DNA of 64,000 bases from Cyanobacteriota bacterium (GTDB lineage: Bacteria; Acidobacteriota; Vicinamibacteria; Vicinamibacterales; UBA2999). The DNA is taken from NCBI GenBank assembly GCA_019752015.1, contig JAIEMQ010000021.1:879-64878 (forward strand), in the 5' to 3' direction. This document shows positions 37,023-46,940 of this stretch, piece by piece. Each line of letters begins with the position of its first letter. Position 1 is the stretch's first letter. A program made the translations under genes and the position numbers. The notes under the pieces are model-generated. The model was given only the letters and a program-made list of their open reading frames with translations, was not told where the DNA came from and did not search any database.

Positions 37023-38786
37023 ATGCGTAGGTTGATTGCAGTCACATCGGTTTTGGCGATCACGCTTGCGATCGTCGTCAACGCCGCGGCCACCGCACCC
37101 GTTGCGGATGCGGCGATGTCGCGCGACCGCGAGACCGTCAAGACGCTGCTGAAGAACGGCGCCGACGTCAACGCGGCGCAGGGCGACGGCATGACCGCGC
37201 TGCACTGGGCGGCGAGAAACGGCGACGCCGAGCTGACGCAGATGCTGCTGTTCGCCGGCGCGAACGTCAAAGCAACCACGCGGCTCGGCGGCTACACGCC
37301 GCTCTTGATGGCGGCGGATCAGGGTCATGCCGCGGTGATCAAGACGCTGCTCGTGGGCGGAGCGGATGCAAAAGCCGCGAACCTGCTGGGCACGACGCCG
37401 TTGATGCTGGCGGCGGCGTCCGGCAACGCGCAGGCCGTCACGACGCTCGTCGAGAACGGCGCCGAGATCGAAGCCAAGGAAAAGACGTTCGGCCAGACAC
37501 CGCTGATGTTCGCCGCGGCATCGAATCGCGTTGAGGCGATCAACGCGCTGTTGAAGCTCGGCGCGAACGTCAAGGCGACGTCGAAGGTCAACAACGTCGG
37601 CAATCTCAGCTCGCAGCAGCAGGAATTCCTTGCGAGCGCCTCCGGCAGCGGGAATCAGGCCGGCGGCAACGGGACGGGTCGGAACGGACAGGTCGTCGCT
37701 CCGGGTGCGCAGGCTCCGCCGCAGGGTGGCGGCGGTGGTGGCGGCGGCCGATTTGGCGGCGGCGGCAAGCCCGGCATCGATCGCGGCTACTTCTACAACG
37801 AGCTGATCGGCACGCAGGGCGGCCACTCGGCGCTGATCCTTGCCGCGCGCGGCGGCTTCACCGAGGCGGTGAAGGCGCTCGTCGCCGGCGGCGCCAGCGT
37901 CAATCAGATCAGCGAGGGCGACCACACCAGCCCGCTGTTGATCGCCGCGATCAACGGTCACTTCGATCTCGCGAAGTGGCTGCTCGATCAGGGCGCCAAC
38001 CCGAGCGCGGCCGCCGACAACGGCGTGACGCCGCTCTATGCGGCGCTGAACGTGACCTGGGCGCCGCGCGCGCTCTATCCGCAGCCGCGCGCGTTCAACC
38101 AGCAGCAGATTACCTACCTCGATTTCATGAAGGCGCTGCTCGAGAAGGGCGCCGATCCGAACCTGCGCCTCAGCAAGAAGGTGTGGTACTCGGAATACAA
38201 CTTCGATCTCGCCGGCGTCGACGAAGCCGGCGCGACGCCGTTCTGGCGCGCCGCGTTCGCCGGCGACGTGGCGGCCATGGCGCTGTTGTACGAGCACGGC
38301 GCCGATCCCAATATTTCGACAATGCGTCCGATCGGACGACGCGCGTTGGGTGATGCCGGCGCTGCGCGTGAAGTGAAGGATGTGTCGGGCCTGGATCCGA
38401 TTGCGCCCGGCGGCCCCGGTGTTCCGCCGCTGCAGGCCGCGGCCGGCGTCGGCTTCGGTGAAGGCTTCGCCGCCAACTCGCACATTCATTCGCCGGCGGG
38501 CTTCCTGCCCGGCATCAAGTTCATGGTGGAAGTGGCGGGCGCCGACGTCAACGCCGTCGATCACGATGGCAACACGGCGCTGCATCACGCCGCCGCGCGC
38601 GGCGACGTCGAGAGCATCCTGTATCTCGTCTCGAAGGGCGCCGACGTCAAGAAGGTGAATCGCGAAGGCCAGACCGTTGCCGACATGGCGAACGGCCCGG
38701 TGCAGCGCGTGCAGCCGTGGCCCGAGGCGCTGACGCTGCTCGAGAAGCTCGGCTCCAGGAACAATCACAAGTGCGTTAGCTGCTGA
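37023..38786 (+). CDS. Module 1 gene C: secreted ankyrin-repeat protein with a Gly-rich linker and C-terminal NNHKCVSC
   Basis: Sec signal 'MRRLIAVTSVLAITLAIVVNAAA'. Repeated 'G.TALHWAA..G....(V/L)LL..GA(D/N)VNA' units. G-run 'GGGGGGGRFGGGGKPG'. Ends '...NNHKCVSC'. Confidence 0.85.
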   Translation: MRRLIAVTSVLAITLAIVVNAAATAPVADAAMSRDRETVKTLLKNGADVNAAQGDGMTALHWAARNGDAELTQMLLFAGANVKATTRLGGYTPLLMAADQGHAAVIKTLLVGGADAKAANLLGTTPLMLAAASGNAQAVTTLVENGAEIEAKEKTFGQTPLMFAAASNRVEAINALLKLGANVKATSKVNNVGNLSSQQQEFLASASGSGNQAGGNGTGRNGQVVAPGAQAPPQGGGGGGGGRFGGGGKPGIDRGYFYNELIGTQGGHSALILAARGGFTEAVKALVAGGASVNQISEGDHTSPLLIAAINGHFDLAKWLLDQGANPSAAADNGVTPLYAALNVTWAPRALYPQPRAFNQQQITYLDFMKALLEKGADPNLRLSKKVWYSEYNFDLAGVDEAGATPFWRAAFAGDVAAMALLYEHGADPNISTMRPIGRRALGDAGAAREVKDVSGLDPIAPGGPGVPPLQAAAGVGFGEGFAANSHIHSPAGFLPGIKFMVEVAGADVNAVDHDGNTALHHAAARGDVESILYLVSKGADVKKVNREGQTVADMANGPVQRVQPWPEALTLLEKLGSRNNHKCVSC

Positions 38787-38790
38787 TGCG

Positions 38791-41292
38791 ATGAAGAGAG
38801 CTCTCCCCGCAATTGGATTAGTCATCACGGCGTCGGCCGTCGCACTGGTTGCCGCCGGCAGTCAGCAGCCATCCGCGTCCGCCTTCGCGGCCCAGAACGC
38901 CCCGGCCGCTTCGGCGAGACAGGCTCCGTCAATTCAGCCGGCGATTGCGCACGCGACGGCCGGACCCACGATGACGGTCGCCGACCAGAACGCACTCGTC
39001 AAGCAGTACTGCGTCGGCTGCCATAACGATCGCAACAAGGATCGAACGAGCGGCCTGTCGTTCCAGTCATTCGATGCGGCGGCGATCGGCGATCACGCCG
39101 ATGTCGCGGAGAAGATGATCCGCCGCCTCCGGTCGGGCATGATGCCGCCGGTCGGGGCGAAGCGTCCCGATCAGGCGACCATCAACAGCCTCGTCAACGC
39201 GTTCGAGACGCGCATCGATCGCGCCGCCGCGCTCAATCCGAATCCCGGCTGGCGTCCGTCGCAGCGTCTCAATCGCGCGGAGTATCAGCGCGCGGTAAAG
39301 GATCTGCTGGCGGTTGATGTGGACGTCAACCAGTTCCTGCCGGCCGACACGCTGAGCGACGGTTTCGACAACATTGCCGACACGCAGACGATTTCATCGA
39401 CGTTGATGGAAGGCTACCTGCGCGCCGCGAGCCAGATCAGCCGGCTCGCCGTTGGCGATCGCAACGCCTCGCCGACGTCGACGACCTGGAAGGTGCCGCG
39501 CACCGCGTCGCAGATGCGTCACGTCGAGGGCGCGCCGCTCGGCACGCGCGGCGGCCTGTCGGTGCTGCACGTCTTCCCGGCCGACGGCGAGTACTTCTTC
39601 AAGATCATGCTGCACATGGGACCGACCGGCGACCTGTTCGGCGGCCCCTATCGCGGCGAGCAGATCGAGGTCTCGATCGACGGCGAGCGCGTCGCGTTGA
39701 TGGACATCAACCCGCGCATGAACGAGCAGGACCCGAACGGCATGACGATGCAGACGCCGAACGTCAACATCAAGGCCGGCCAGCATCGCGTGTCGGCGGT
39801 GTTCGTGCAGCGCTTCGACGGTCCCGCCGACGACCTGATCATGCCGATCGAGCACACGCTCGCAGACACCAACATCGGTGAGGTGTTCGGCACGACGGCC
39901 CTCACGCACTTGCGCGACTTCACGGTCGCCGGACCGGTGAGCGTCACCGGCGTGTCCGAAACCGAGAGCCGCCGCAAAATCTTTACCTGCCGCCCCACGA
40001 ATGCGCTCGAAGAGTCGGCCTGCGCCGCCGACATCGTCCGCAAGCTGGCGTCGCAGGCGTATCGCGGCACGGTCCCGGCGGACGACCTCAAGGACCTGAT
40101 GTCGTTCTACGAGCGCGGCCGGAAGCAGAGCGATTTCGAAGGCGGCATCCGCATGGCGGTGCAGGCGGTTCTCGCCAGCCCGCGCTTCCTGTTCCGCATC
40201 GAGCAGACGCCGTCTTCGTTGAAGGCGGGGCAGACCTATCGCATCAGCGATTCCGATCTCGCCTCACGCCTGTCGTTCTTCATCTGGGGCTCGATGCCCG
40301 ACGCGGAATTGTTGAAGACCGCGTCGCAAGGCACGCTGCGCACGCCGGTGGTGTTCGAGAAGCAGCTGAAGCGGCTGCTCGCCGATCAGCGTTCGACGGC
40401 GCTGTCGACGCGCTTTGCATCGCAGTGGCTGCGCCTGCAGGACGTCGACAAGGTGCGCCCCGATCATCATTTCTATTCCTACTGGGACACCACGCTGTCG
40501 CAGGCGATGGTCCGCGAGACGGAGCTGTTCGTCGACAGCCTGATTCGCGAGGATCGCCCGGTCACCGATCTGCTGACCGCCGATCACACGTTCGTGAACG
40601 AGCGGCTCGCGAAGCATTACGGCATCCCGAACATCCTCGGCGATCAGTTCCGCCGCGTCACGATCGACGACGTCAATCGCCGCGGCGTGCTCGGCCAGGG
40701 CAGCGTGCTGCTGCTGACCTCGATCGCCGATCGCACGTCGCCGGTGTTGCGCGGCAAGTGGGTGATGGAAGTGCTGCTCGGCTCGCCGCCGCCGCCGCCG
40801 CCGCCCAACGTGCCGCTGCTCGAAGAGACCAAGGCGGTTGACGAAGGCAAGACGCTGTCGACGCGCGAGCGCATGGAGATGCACCGCAAGAACCCGTCGT
40901 GCAACTCGTGCCATCGCGTGATCGATCCGCTCGGCCTGGCGCTCGAGAATTTCGACGTTACCGGCGTGTGGCGCATCAAGGACAACGGCGCTGCTGTCGA
41001 TCCGGTCGGCGATCTCTACGACGGCACCAGGCTCGATGGCCCGATCGCGCTGCGCAATGCGCTGCTCAAGCACCAGGACGTCTTCATGCTCAGCTTCACC
41101 GAGAGCCTGATGACGTATGCGCTCGGCCGCCGCGTCGAGTCGTACGACATGCCGGCGATCCGGCAGATCGTGCGCGATGCGAAGGCGAAGAATTACCGGT
41201 TCTCAGCATTTATTTCGGGCGTCGCCAACAGCGCCGCCTTCCGCATGGGGCGCGTCGCTCCGGCGGAAACCACGAACGCGGAATCACGTTAA
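38791..41292 (+). CDS. Module 2 gene A: heme-c multidomain protein (paralogue of 33092-35551)
   Basis: 'LVKQYCVGCHNDRNKDR', 'MIRRLRSGMMPPV', 'IADRTSPVLRGKWVMEVLLGSPPPPPPPNVP', 'CNSCHRVIDPLGLALENFDVTG'. Starts 4 nt after gene C1. Confidence 0.85.
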   Translation: MKRALPAIGLVITASAVALVAAGSQQPSASAFAAQNAPAASARQAPSIQPAIAHATAGPTMTVADQNALVKQYCVGCHNDRNKDRTSGLSFQSFDAAAIGDHADVAEKMIRRLRSGMMPPVGAKRPDQATINSLVNAFETRIDRAAALNPNPGWRPSQRLNRAEYQRAVKDLLAVDVDVNQFLPADTLSDGFDNIADTQTISSTLMEGYLRAASQISRLAVGDRNASPTSTTWKVPRTASQMRHVEGAPLGTRGGLSVLHVFPADGEYFFKIMLHMGPTGDLFGGPYRGEQIEVSIDGERVALMDINPRMNEQDPNGMTMQTPNVNIKAGQHRVSAVFVQRFDGPADDLIMPIEHTLADTNIGEVFGTTALTHLRDFTVAGPVSVTGVSETESRRKIFTCRPTNALEESACAADIVRKLASQAYRGTVPADDLKDLMSFYERGRKQSDFEGGIRMAVQAVLASPRFLFRIEQTPSSLKAGQTYRISDSDLASRLSFFIWGSMPDAELLKTASQGTLRTPVVFEKQLKRLLADQRSTALSTRFASQWLRLQDVDKVRPDHHFYSYWDTTLSQAMVRETELFVDSLIREDRPVTDLLTADHTFVNERLAKHYGIPNILGDQFRRVTIDDVNRRGVLGQGSVLLLTSIADRTSPVLRGKWVMEVLLGSPPPPPPPNVPLLEETKAVDEGKTLSTRERMEMHRKNPSCNSCHRVIDPLGLALENFDVTGVWRIKDNGAAVDPVGDLYDGTRLDGPIALRNALLKHQDVFMLSFTESLMTYALGRRVESYDMPAIRQIVRDAKAKNYRFSAFISGVANSAAFRMGRVAPAETTNAESR

Positions 41293-41318
41293 GGCAGAAG
41301 GCAGAAGGCAGAAGGCGA
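41291..41318. repeat. Heptanucleotide tandem repeat (AAGGCAG)x3 plus AAGGCGA
   Basis: It starts within the TAA stop of gene A2 and ends just before the Shine-Dalgarno (agaggag) of gene B2. This is the same junction position as the 35550 repeat, but the unit sequence differs. Confidence 0.9.
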
Positions 41319-41331
41319 AAAGAGGAGCCCG

Positions 41332-42735
41332 ATGGAGTTTCTGACGAAGAAGCATATTTCTCGACGCACGGTGTTGCGTGGCCTCGGCGTGACGATGGCG
41401 CTGCCGATGCTGGAAGCCATGACGCCGGCTTTGACGGCACAGGCCAAGGCGGGCAAGGTCCGTCTCGCGGCCATCGAGATGGTCCACGGGTCCGCGGGCG
41501 CGACCAAGTTCGGCCTGCAGAAAAACCTGTGGTCGCCCGCGGCGGTCGGCAAGGGCTTTGACCTTTCGGTCACGGCACTGTCGCCGCTCGAGCCGTTCCG
41601 CGACGACCTGACGATTGTCAGCAACACCGACGTCAGGAACGCGGAAGCGTTCGAGCTGCCGGAAATCGGCGGCGACCACTTCCGCTCGAGCGCGGTGTTC
41701 CTGACGCAGTCGCACCCGCGGCAGACGCAGGGCTCCGATGTTCGCGCCGGCGTGTCGCTCGATCAGATCTACGCGCAGAAGTTCGGGCAGGAAACGCCGA
41801 TCCCGTCGATGCAGCTGTGCATCGAAGCGGTCGACCAGGCGGGCGGCTGCTCGTATGGTTACTCGTGCGTTTACACCGACACGATCAGCTGGGCCGACAA
41901 GGCATCGCCGCTGCCGATGATTCGCGATCCGCGCCTCGCCTTCGATCAGTTGTTCGGCGTCGGCGCCACGCCCGAGGAGCGCGCCCAGCGCCGCGCCGAA
42001 GACAAGAGCATCCTCGATCTGATCAGCGCGCAGCTGAATCGCCTCAACCGCGAGATCGGCGCCGCCGATCGCGTCCGCATCGCCAACTATCTCGACGAAG
42101 TCCGCGAGATCGAGCGCCGCATCCAGAAGGTCGAGGCCTACAACAAGAGCGGCGAAGTGCGCGAGATTCCGATGGCACCGGTCGGCGTGCCGGATTCATT
42201 CGACGAGCATGTCAAGCTGATGTTCGATCTGCAGGCGCTGGCGTTCGCGTCGGATACGACGCGGGTGTTCTCGTTCAAGATGGGCCGCGACGCCTCGAGC
42301 CGCGTCTATCCGAACAGCGGCGTGACCACCGGCTTCCACCCGGCGTCGCATCACGGCGATCGCGAGGACCGCATCCTCGACTTCGCGAAGATCAACCGCT
42401 ATCACGTCGGCATGCTGCCGTACTTCCTCAAGAAGCTGAAGGACACGCCGGACGGCGACAGCAACCTGCTCGACAACACGCTGGTCGTCTACGGCTCGCC
42501 GATGGGCGACTCGAACATCCACAACCACAAGCGCTGCCCGCTGTTCTTCGTGGGCAAGGCTGGTGGCGCGCTGAAGGGCGGCCTGCATCTCAAGGCCGCC
42601 GAAGGCACGCCGATGGCCAACGCCATGCTCGCGGCGCTGCAGGGCATTGGCGTCACCGATGCGCAGTCGTTCGGCGACAGCACGCGGGCGATGGATCTCA
42701 ATGAACTCCAGACAACCACGGTGGCGGCGGAGTAA
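41332..42735 (+). CDS. Module 2 gene B: Tat-exported DUF1552-like protein
   Basis: 'MEFLTKKHISRRTVLRGLGVTMALPMLEAM', 'FHPASHHGDRED', 'GSPMGDSNIHNHKRCPLF'. Confidence 0.85.
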   Translation: MEFLTKKHISRRTVLRGLGVTMALPMLEAMTPALTAQAKAGKVRLAAIEMVHGSAGATKFGLQKNLWSPAAVGKGFDLSVTALSPLEPFRDDLTIVSNTDVRNAEAFELPEIGGDHFRSSAVFLTQSHPRQTQGSDVRAGVSLDQIYAQKFGQETPIPSMQLCIEAVDQAGGCSYGYSCVYTDTISWADKASPLPMIRDPRLAFDQLFGVGATPEERAQRRAEDKSILDLISAQLNRLNREIGAADRVRIANYLDEVREIERRIQKVEAYNKSGEVREIPMAPVGVPDSFDEHVKLMFDLQALAFASDTTRVFSFKMGRDASSRVYPNSGVTTGFHPASHHGDREDRILDFAKINRYHVGMLPYFLKKLKDTPDGDSNLLDNTLVVYGSPMGDSNIHNHKRCPLFFVGKAGGALKGGLHLKAAEGTPMANAMLAALQGIGVTDAQSFGDSTRAMDLNELQTTTVAAE

Positions 42736-42738
42736 ATC

Positions 42739-44412
42739 ATGCGCAGCCTTGGTGTTCTCAGCCTGACCGTGCTCCTCTCCGCCGCGATTTTCGCGGCGGA
42801 TGGGTCCCCGATCGCGAACGCCGCGATGAACGGCGATCGTGACAGCGTCCGCGCGCTGCTGAAGAAGGGCCTCGACGTCAACGAGGCGCAGGGCGACGGC
42901 TCGACGGCGCTGCACTGGGCGGCGATCAAGGGCGACGCCGAAATGGCGAAGATGCTGATCTTCGCCGGCGCCAACGTTCGCGCGACGACGCGCATCGGCG
43001 CCTACACGCCGCTGTATCTCGCCGCCAAGGGCGGCTATTCCGACGTCGTCGCCGTGTTGTTGACGGGTGGCGCGGATGCCAAGGCCGTCACGTCGAACGG
43101 CACCACGCCGCTGATGATCGCGGCCGCGGCGGGAGACACCAGGTCGATCAATTCGCTCATCGAGAACGGCGCGGACATCAACGCGACTGAAACGAAAGGC
43201 GAAACGCCGCTGATGTTCGCGGCCGGATTCAATCGCCTTGATGCGGTGAGGCTGCTGCTCGCGAAGGGCGGCGATTACACGGCCACGACCAAGGTCGTCG
43301 ATCTGTTCGCGCTGACCGCTCCCGAAGAGGAAGCCATGCTGCGCGGCGCCGGCGGCAATGGCGGCGGCGCGCGTCCGGCGGGCAACCGGCCGGCCGATGT
43401 CGCGGGCGCGACGCGTGCGTATCGCTACAACGAGCTGATCAGCTCGCAGGGCGGACTGAGCGCGTTGCTGTTTGCCGCGCGCCAGGGCTACACCGACGTC
43501 GTGATGGCGCTCCTCGATGCCGGCGCGGACGTCAATCAGCTGAACGCCGGCGACAAGACCAGCCCGCTGCTGATGTCGATCATCAACGGCCACTTCGATC
43601 TGTCGATGAAGCTGATCGAGCGCGGCGCGAACGTGAATGCCGCGGCGTTCAACGGCGTGGCGCCGCTGTTCGCGGTGCTGAACCTGCAGTGGGCGCCGAA
43701 GTCGCTCTATCCGAGCCCGAAGGCGTATCAGCAGCAGAAGACGACGTATCTCGAGCTGATGCAGGCGCTGCTCGCCAAGGGCGCCGATCCGAACGCGCGC
43801 GTCGGCCGCAAGGTCTGGTATCAGGCCTACAACTCGGATTACGCCGGCTTCGACGAAGCGGGCGCGACGCCGTTCTTCCGCGCCGCGTATGCGAGCGATG
43901 TGGCGGCGATGAAGCTGCTCGTGGCGCACGGCGGCGATCCGAACATCGGCACGTTCAAGCCGGCGGGCCGGCCGTTCACCGGTGAGGGCACGCGCCAGAT
44001 CACGGACACGTCAGGCCTGCCGCCCGTTCCGTATGGCGGCCCCGGCATCCTGCCGCTGCATGCCGCGACCGGCGTCGGCTACGGCGAGGGCTTTGCCGCC
44101 AACTCGCATCGCTACGCGCCGACCGGCTTCCTGCCGGCGATCAAGTTCCTGGTCGAGGAGATGGGCGCGGATGTCAACGCCGCCGATCACGAAGGCAACA
44201 CGCCGCTGCACCTCTGCGCGTCGCGCGGCGACAACGACTGCATCAACTACCTCGTCTCGAAGGGCGCCGATGTGATGCGCGTCAATCGCGAAGGGAACAC
44301 CACCGTCGATATGGCCAATGGCCCCGTGCAGCGCACGCAGCCGTATCCGGAAACGATCAAGCTGCTCGAAGGCCTGGGCGCGAAGAACAATCACCGGTGC
44401 ATCACGTGCTAA
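42739..44412 (+). CDS. Module 2 gene C: secreted ankyrin-repeat protein ending NNHRCITC
   Basis: Sec signal, ankyrin units ('AQGDGSTALHWAAIKGDAEMAKMLIFAGANV'), Gly-rich linker 'GAGGNGGGARPAGN', C-terminus '...NNHRCITC'. Confidence 0.85.
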   Translation: MRSLGVLSLTVLLSAAIFAADGSPIANAAMNGDRDSVRALLKKGLDVNEAQGDGSTALHWAAIKGDAEMAKMLIFAGANVRATTRIGAYTPLYLAAKGGYSDVVAVLLTGGADAKAVTSNGTTPLMIAAAAGDTRSINSLIENGADINATETKGETPLMFAAGFNRLDAVRLLLAKGGDYTATTKVVDLFALTAPEEEAMLRGAGGNGGGARPAGNRPADVAGATRAYRYNELISSQGGLSALLFAARQGYTDVVMALLDAGADVNQLNAGDKTSPLLMSIINGHFDLSMKLIERGANVNAAAFNGVAPLFAVLNLQWAPKSLYPSPKAYQQQKTTYLELMQALLAKGADPNARVGRKVWYQAYNSDYAGFDEAGATPFFRAAYASDVAAMKLLVAHGGDPNIGTFKPAGRPFTGEGTRQITDTSGLPPVPYGGPGILPLHAATGVGYGEGFAANSHRYAPTGFLPAIKFLVEEMGADVNAADHEGNTPLHLCASRGDNDCINYLVSKGADVMRVNREGNTTVDMANGPVQRTQPYPETIKLLEGLGAKNNHRCITC

Positions 44413-46898
44413 AGAGACTCCTGCCAGTGGCCGCGCTCGGCGCGGTGTTGTCCGTTACCGTCGCCGCGCAGCAGTCAGCAAAGGCGCCCGTCAAGCCGGC
44501 GGTTTCGCATCCGCCGGTGGCGGCGAACCTGCTCGCCGCCGAGCAGACCGCGCTCGTCAAGACCTACTGCGCGACGTGCCATACCGATCGCACCAAGGAT
44601 CGAACCGGCGGCGTGTCGTTCCAGGGGTTCGACGCGGCAAAGCTCGAAGAGAACGGCGAAGTCACCGAGAAGATGATCAGGAAGCTCCGCGCCGGCATGA
44701 TGCCGCCGCCGGGTGCGAAGCGGCCTGAGCCGGCGGTGCTGCAGGCGCTGGCGACGTCGTTTGAATCGCGGATGGATCGTCATGCCGCGCTCAATCCGAA
44801 TCCGGGCTCGCGTCCGTTCCAGCGGCTCAATCGCGCCGAGTATCAGAACGCGGTCCGCGATCTGCTGAACGTCGACGTCGACGTGACCACCTACCTGCCG
44901 CCCGACACGATCAGCCACGGCTTCGACAACGTCGCGGATGCGCAGAGCTTCTCGCCGACGTTGATGGACGGCTACCTGCGCGCCGCCAGCCAGATCAGCC
45001 GGCTGGCGATCGGCGATCGCAACGCCTCCGCATCCTCGGTCACCTACAAGATTCCGCGCGCCGCGTCGCAGATGCGCCGCGTCGACGGCGCGCCGATGGG
45101 CACGCGCGGCGGCACGTCGGTCGTCCACACGTTCCCGGCCGATGGCCACTACGTGCTGAAGGCGTCGCTGCACTACGAGCCGCTCGGCGGCCTCGCCGGC
45201 CGGAACACGATGACGGCCTACGACATCAAGGAGCAGGTCGAGTTCTCGGTCAACGGCGAGCGCGTGGCGATCATGGATCTCAACACGCGCATGAGCGAGA
45301 CCGATCCGAAGAACAGCCTCGAGCTGATCACGCCGCCCGTGCACATCAAGGCCGGGCCGCAGCGCGTCACCGCCGCGTTCGTGCAGAAGCTCGACGGGCC
45401 GGTTGACGATCTGCTGATGCCGCTCGAGAACACGCTGGCCGACGTCAGCATCACGTGGGGTGTGACGATGCTGCCGCACCTGCGCGACTTCATCGTGCAG
45501 GGCCCGCTCGACGTCACCGGCGTGTCGGACACGCCGAGCCGCCTGAAGGTGTTCTCGTGCCGCCCGACCGCGAAGGCCGAAGAGGAAGCGTGCGCGGCCG
45601 AGATCATCAAGAAGCTCTCGACGCAGGCGTTCCGCGGCGCGCCGACCGCCGCTGACCTGCAGGATGCGATGAAGTTCTACGAGCAGGGCCGCAAGAAGGG
45701 GGGCTTCGAGGCCGGCATCCGCCTCGCCACGCAGTCGATCCTGATGAGCCCGCGCTTCCTGTTCCGCCTCGAGGAACAGCCCTTCGACTCCGCTCAGGGC
45801 AAGCCCGCCGGTGTCCGCAACGCCGCGTATCGGATCACCGACGAAGACCTCGCGTCGCGCCTCTCGTTCTTCCTGTGGGGCACGGTGCCGGATGCCGAGC
45901 TCGTTCGCGCCGCCAGCGTCGGCTCGCTGCGCACCAGCGCCGGGATCGAGAAGCAGGTCCGCCGCATGCTGGCCGACAGGCGTTCCGAAGCGCTGTCGAC
46001 GCGATTCGGATCGCAATGGCTGCGCCTCCAGGACCTCGACAAGATTTTCCCGGACTACCTGATCTATCCGCAGTACGACGACACGCTCGCCAAGGCGATG
46101 AAGAAGGAGACGGAGCTCTTCTTCGATTCCATCGTGCGCGAGGATCGCAGCCTGATCGATCTCATCACCGCCGACTACTCGTTCGTGAACGAGCGGCTGG
46201 CGATTCACTACAACATCCCCAACATCACCGGCAGCGCCTTCCAGCGCGTCACGATGCCGGCATATCGGCGCGGCCTGCTCGGCCAGGGCAGCATCCTGAC
46301 CCTGACCTCGGTGGCCGATCGCACCTCGCCGGTGCAGCGCGGCAAGTGGGTGATGGAAGTGCTGCTGGCATCGCCGCCGCCACCGCCGCCGCCCAACGTG
46401 CCGACGCTCGATGATTCGGTGAAGGCCAACGAGGGCGGCAAGATGCTGACGACGCGCGAGCGCATGGAGCAGCATCGCGCCAACCCGAGCTGCAACTCGT
46501 GTCACCGCGTGATCGATCCGCTCGGTCTCGCGCTCGAGAATTTCGACGTCACCGGCGCCTGGCGCATCAAGGACAACGAAGTGCCGGTCGACGTGACCGG
46601 CGATCTCTACGACGGCACGCGCATGGAAGGTCCGGCCGGCCTGCGCGCGGCGCTGCTCACGCACCAGGACATGTTCCTGACCGGCTTCACCGAGAGCCTG
46701 CTGACCTATGCGCTCGGCCGCCGCGTGGAATACACCGACATGCCGATGGTGCGCGCCATCGTCCGCGACGCGGCGAAGAAGGACAACAAGTTCTCGGCGT
46801 TCGTGCTGAGCGTGGTCAACAGCAACGCGTTCAGGATGGGCGTCGCCGACACCGGCAAGAGTGAGAGACGCGCGACCGACGTCGCGCCGCAGCGATAG
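44397..46898 (+). CDS. Module 3 gene A: heme-c multidomain protein (paralogue)
   Basis: 'LVKTYCATCHTDRTKDR', 'MIRKLRAGMMPPP', 'VADRTSPVQRGKWVMEVLLASPPPPPPPNVP', 'CNSCHRVIDPLGLALENFDVTG'. Start at GTG 44397 or GTG 44406; either overlaps the end of gene C2. Confidence 0.85.
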   Translation: MHHVLKRLLPVAALGAVLSVTVAAQQSAKAPVKPAVSHPPVAANLLAAEQTALVKTYCATCHTDRTKDRTGGVSFQGFDAAKLEENGEVTEKMIRKLRAGMMPPPGAKRPEPAVLQALATSFESRMDRHAALNPNPGSRPFQRLNRAEYQNAVRDLLNVDVDVTTYLPPDTISHGFDNVADAQSFSPTLMDGYLRAASQISRLAIGDRNASASSVTYKIPRAASQMRRVDGAPMGTRGGTSVVHTFPADGHYVLKASLHYEPLGGLAGRNTMTAYDIKEQVEFSVNGERVAIMDLNTRMSETDPKNSLELITPPVHIKAGPQRVTAAFVQKLDGPVDDLLMPLENTLADVSITWGVTMLPHLRDFIVQGPLDVTGVSDTPSRLKVFSCRPTAKAEEEACAAEIIKKLSTQAFRGAPTAADLQDAMKFYEQGRKKGGFEAGIRLATQSILMSPRFLFRLEEQPFDSAQGKPAGVRNAAYRITDEDLASRLSFFLWGTVPDAELVRAASVGSLRTSAGIEKQVRRMLADRRSEALSTRFGSQWLRLQDLDKIFPDYLIYPQYDDTLAKAMKKETELFFDSIVREDRSLIDLITADYSFVNERLAIHYNIPNITGSAFQRVTMPAYRRGLLGQGSILTLTSVADRTSPVQRGKWVMEVLLASPPPPPPPNVPTLDDSVKANEGGKMLTTRERMEQHRANPSCNSCHRVIDPLGLALENFDVTGAWRIKDNEVPVDVTGDLYDGTRMEGPAGLRAALLTHQDMFLTGFTESLLTYALGRRVEYTDMPMVRAIVRDAAKKDNKFSAFVLSVVNSNAFRMGVADTGKSERRATDVAPQR

Positions 46899-46901
46899 TT
46901 T

Positions 46902-46927
46902 GTAGAGGCGGGACTTTAGTCCCGCCT
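46902..46927. repeat. 26-bp hairpin element, copy 2 (identical to 30991-31016)
   Basis: 'gtagaggcgggactttagtcccgcct' occupies the A3-B3 junction, the position held by heptamer repeats in modules 1 and 2. Confidence 0.8.
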
Positions 46928-46940
46928 ACTGGGAGCACCT

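Noticed and set aside
36873-38828. 651-aa ORF on the - strand, with similar long - strand ORFs at 42196-43929, 44475-46664, 46926-47819, 36227-37279 and 34121-35623
   Set aside because: All are antisense to the motif-rich A/B/C module genes and have Arg/Ala/His-rich low-complexity translations with no motifs. They are typical high-GC shadow ORFs.
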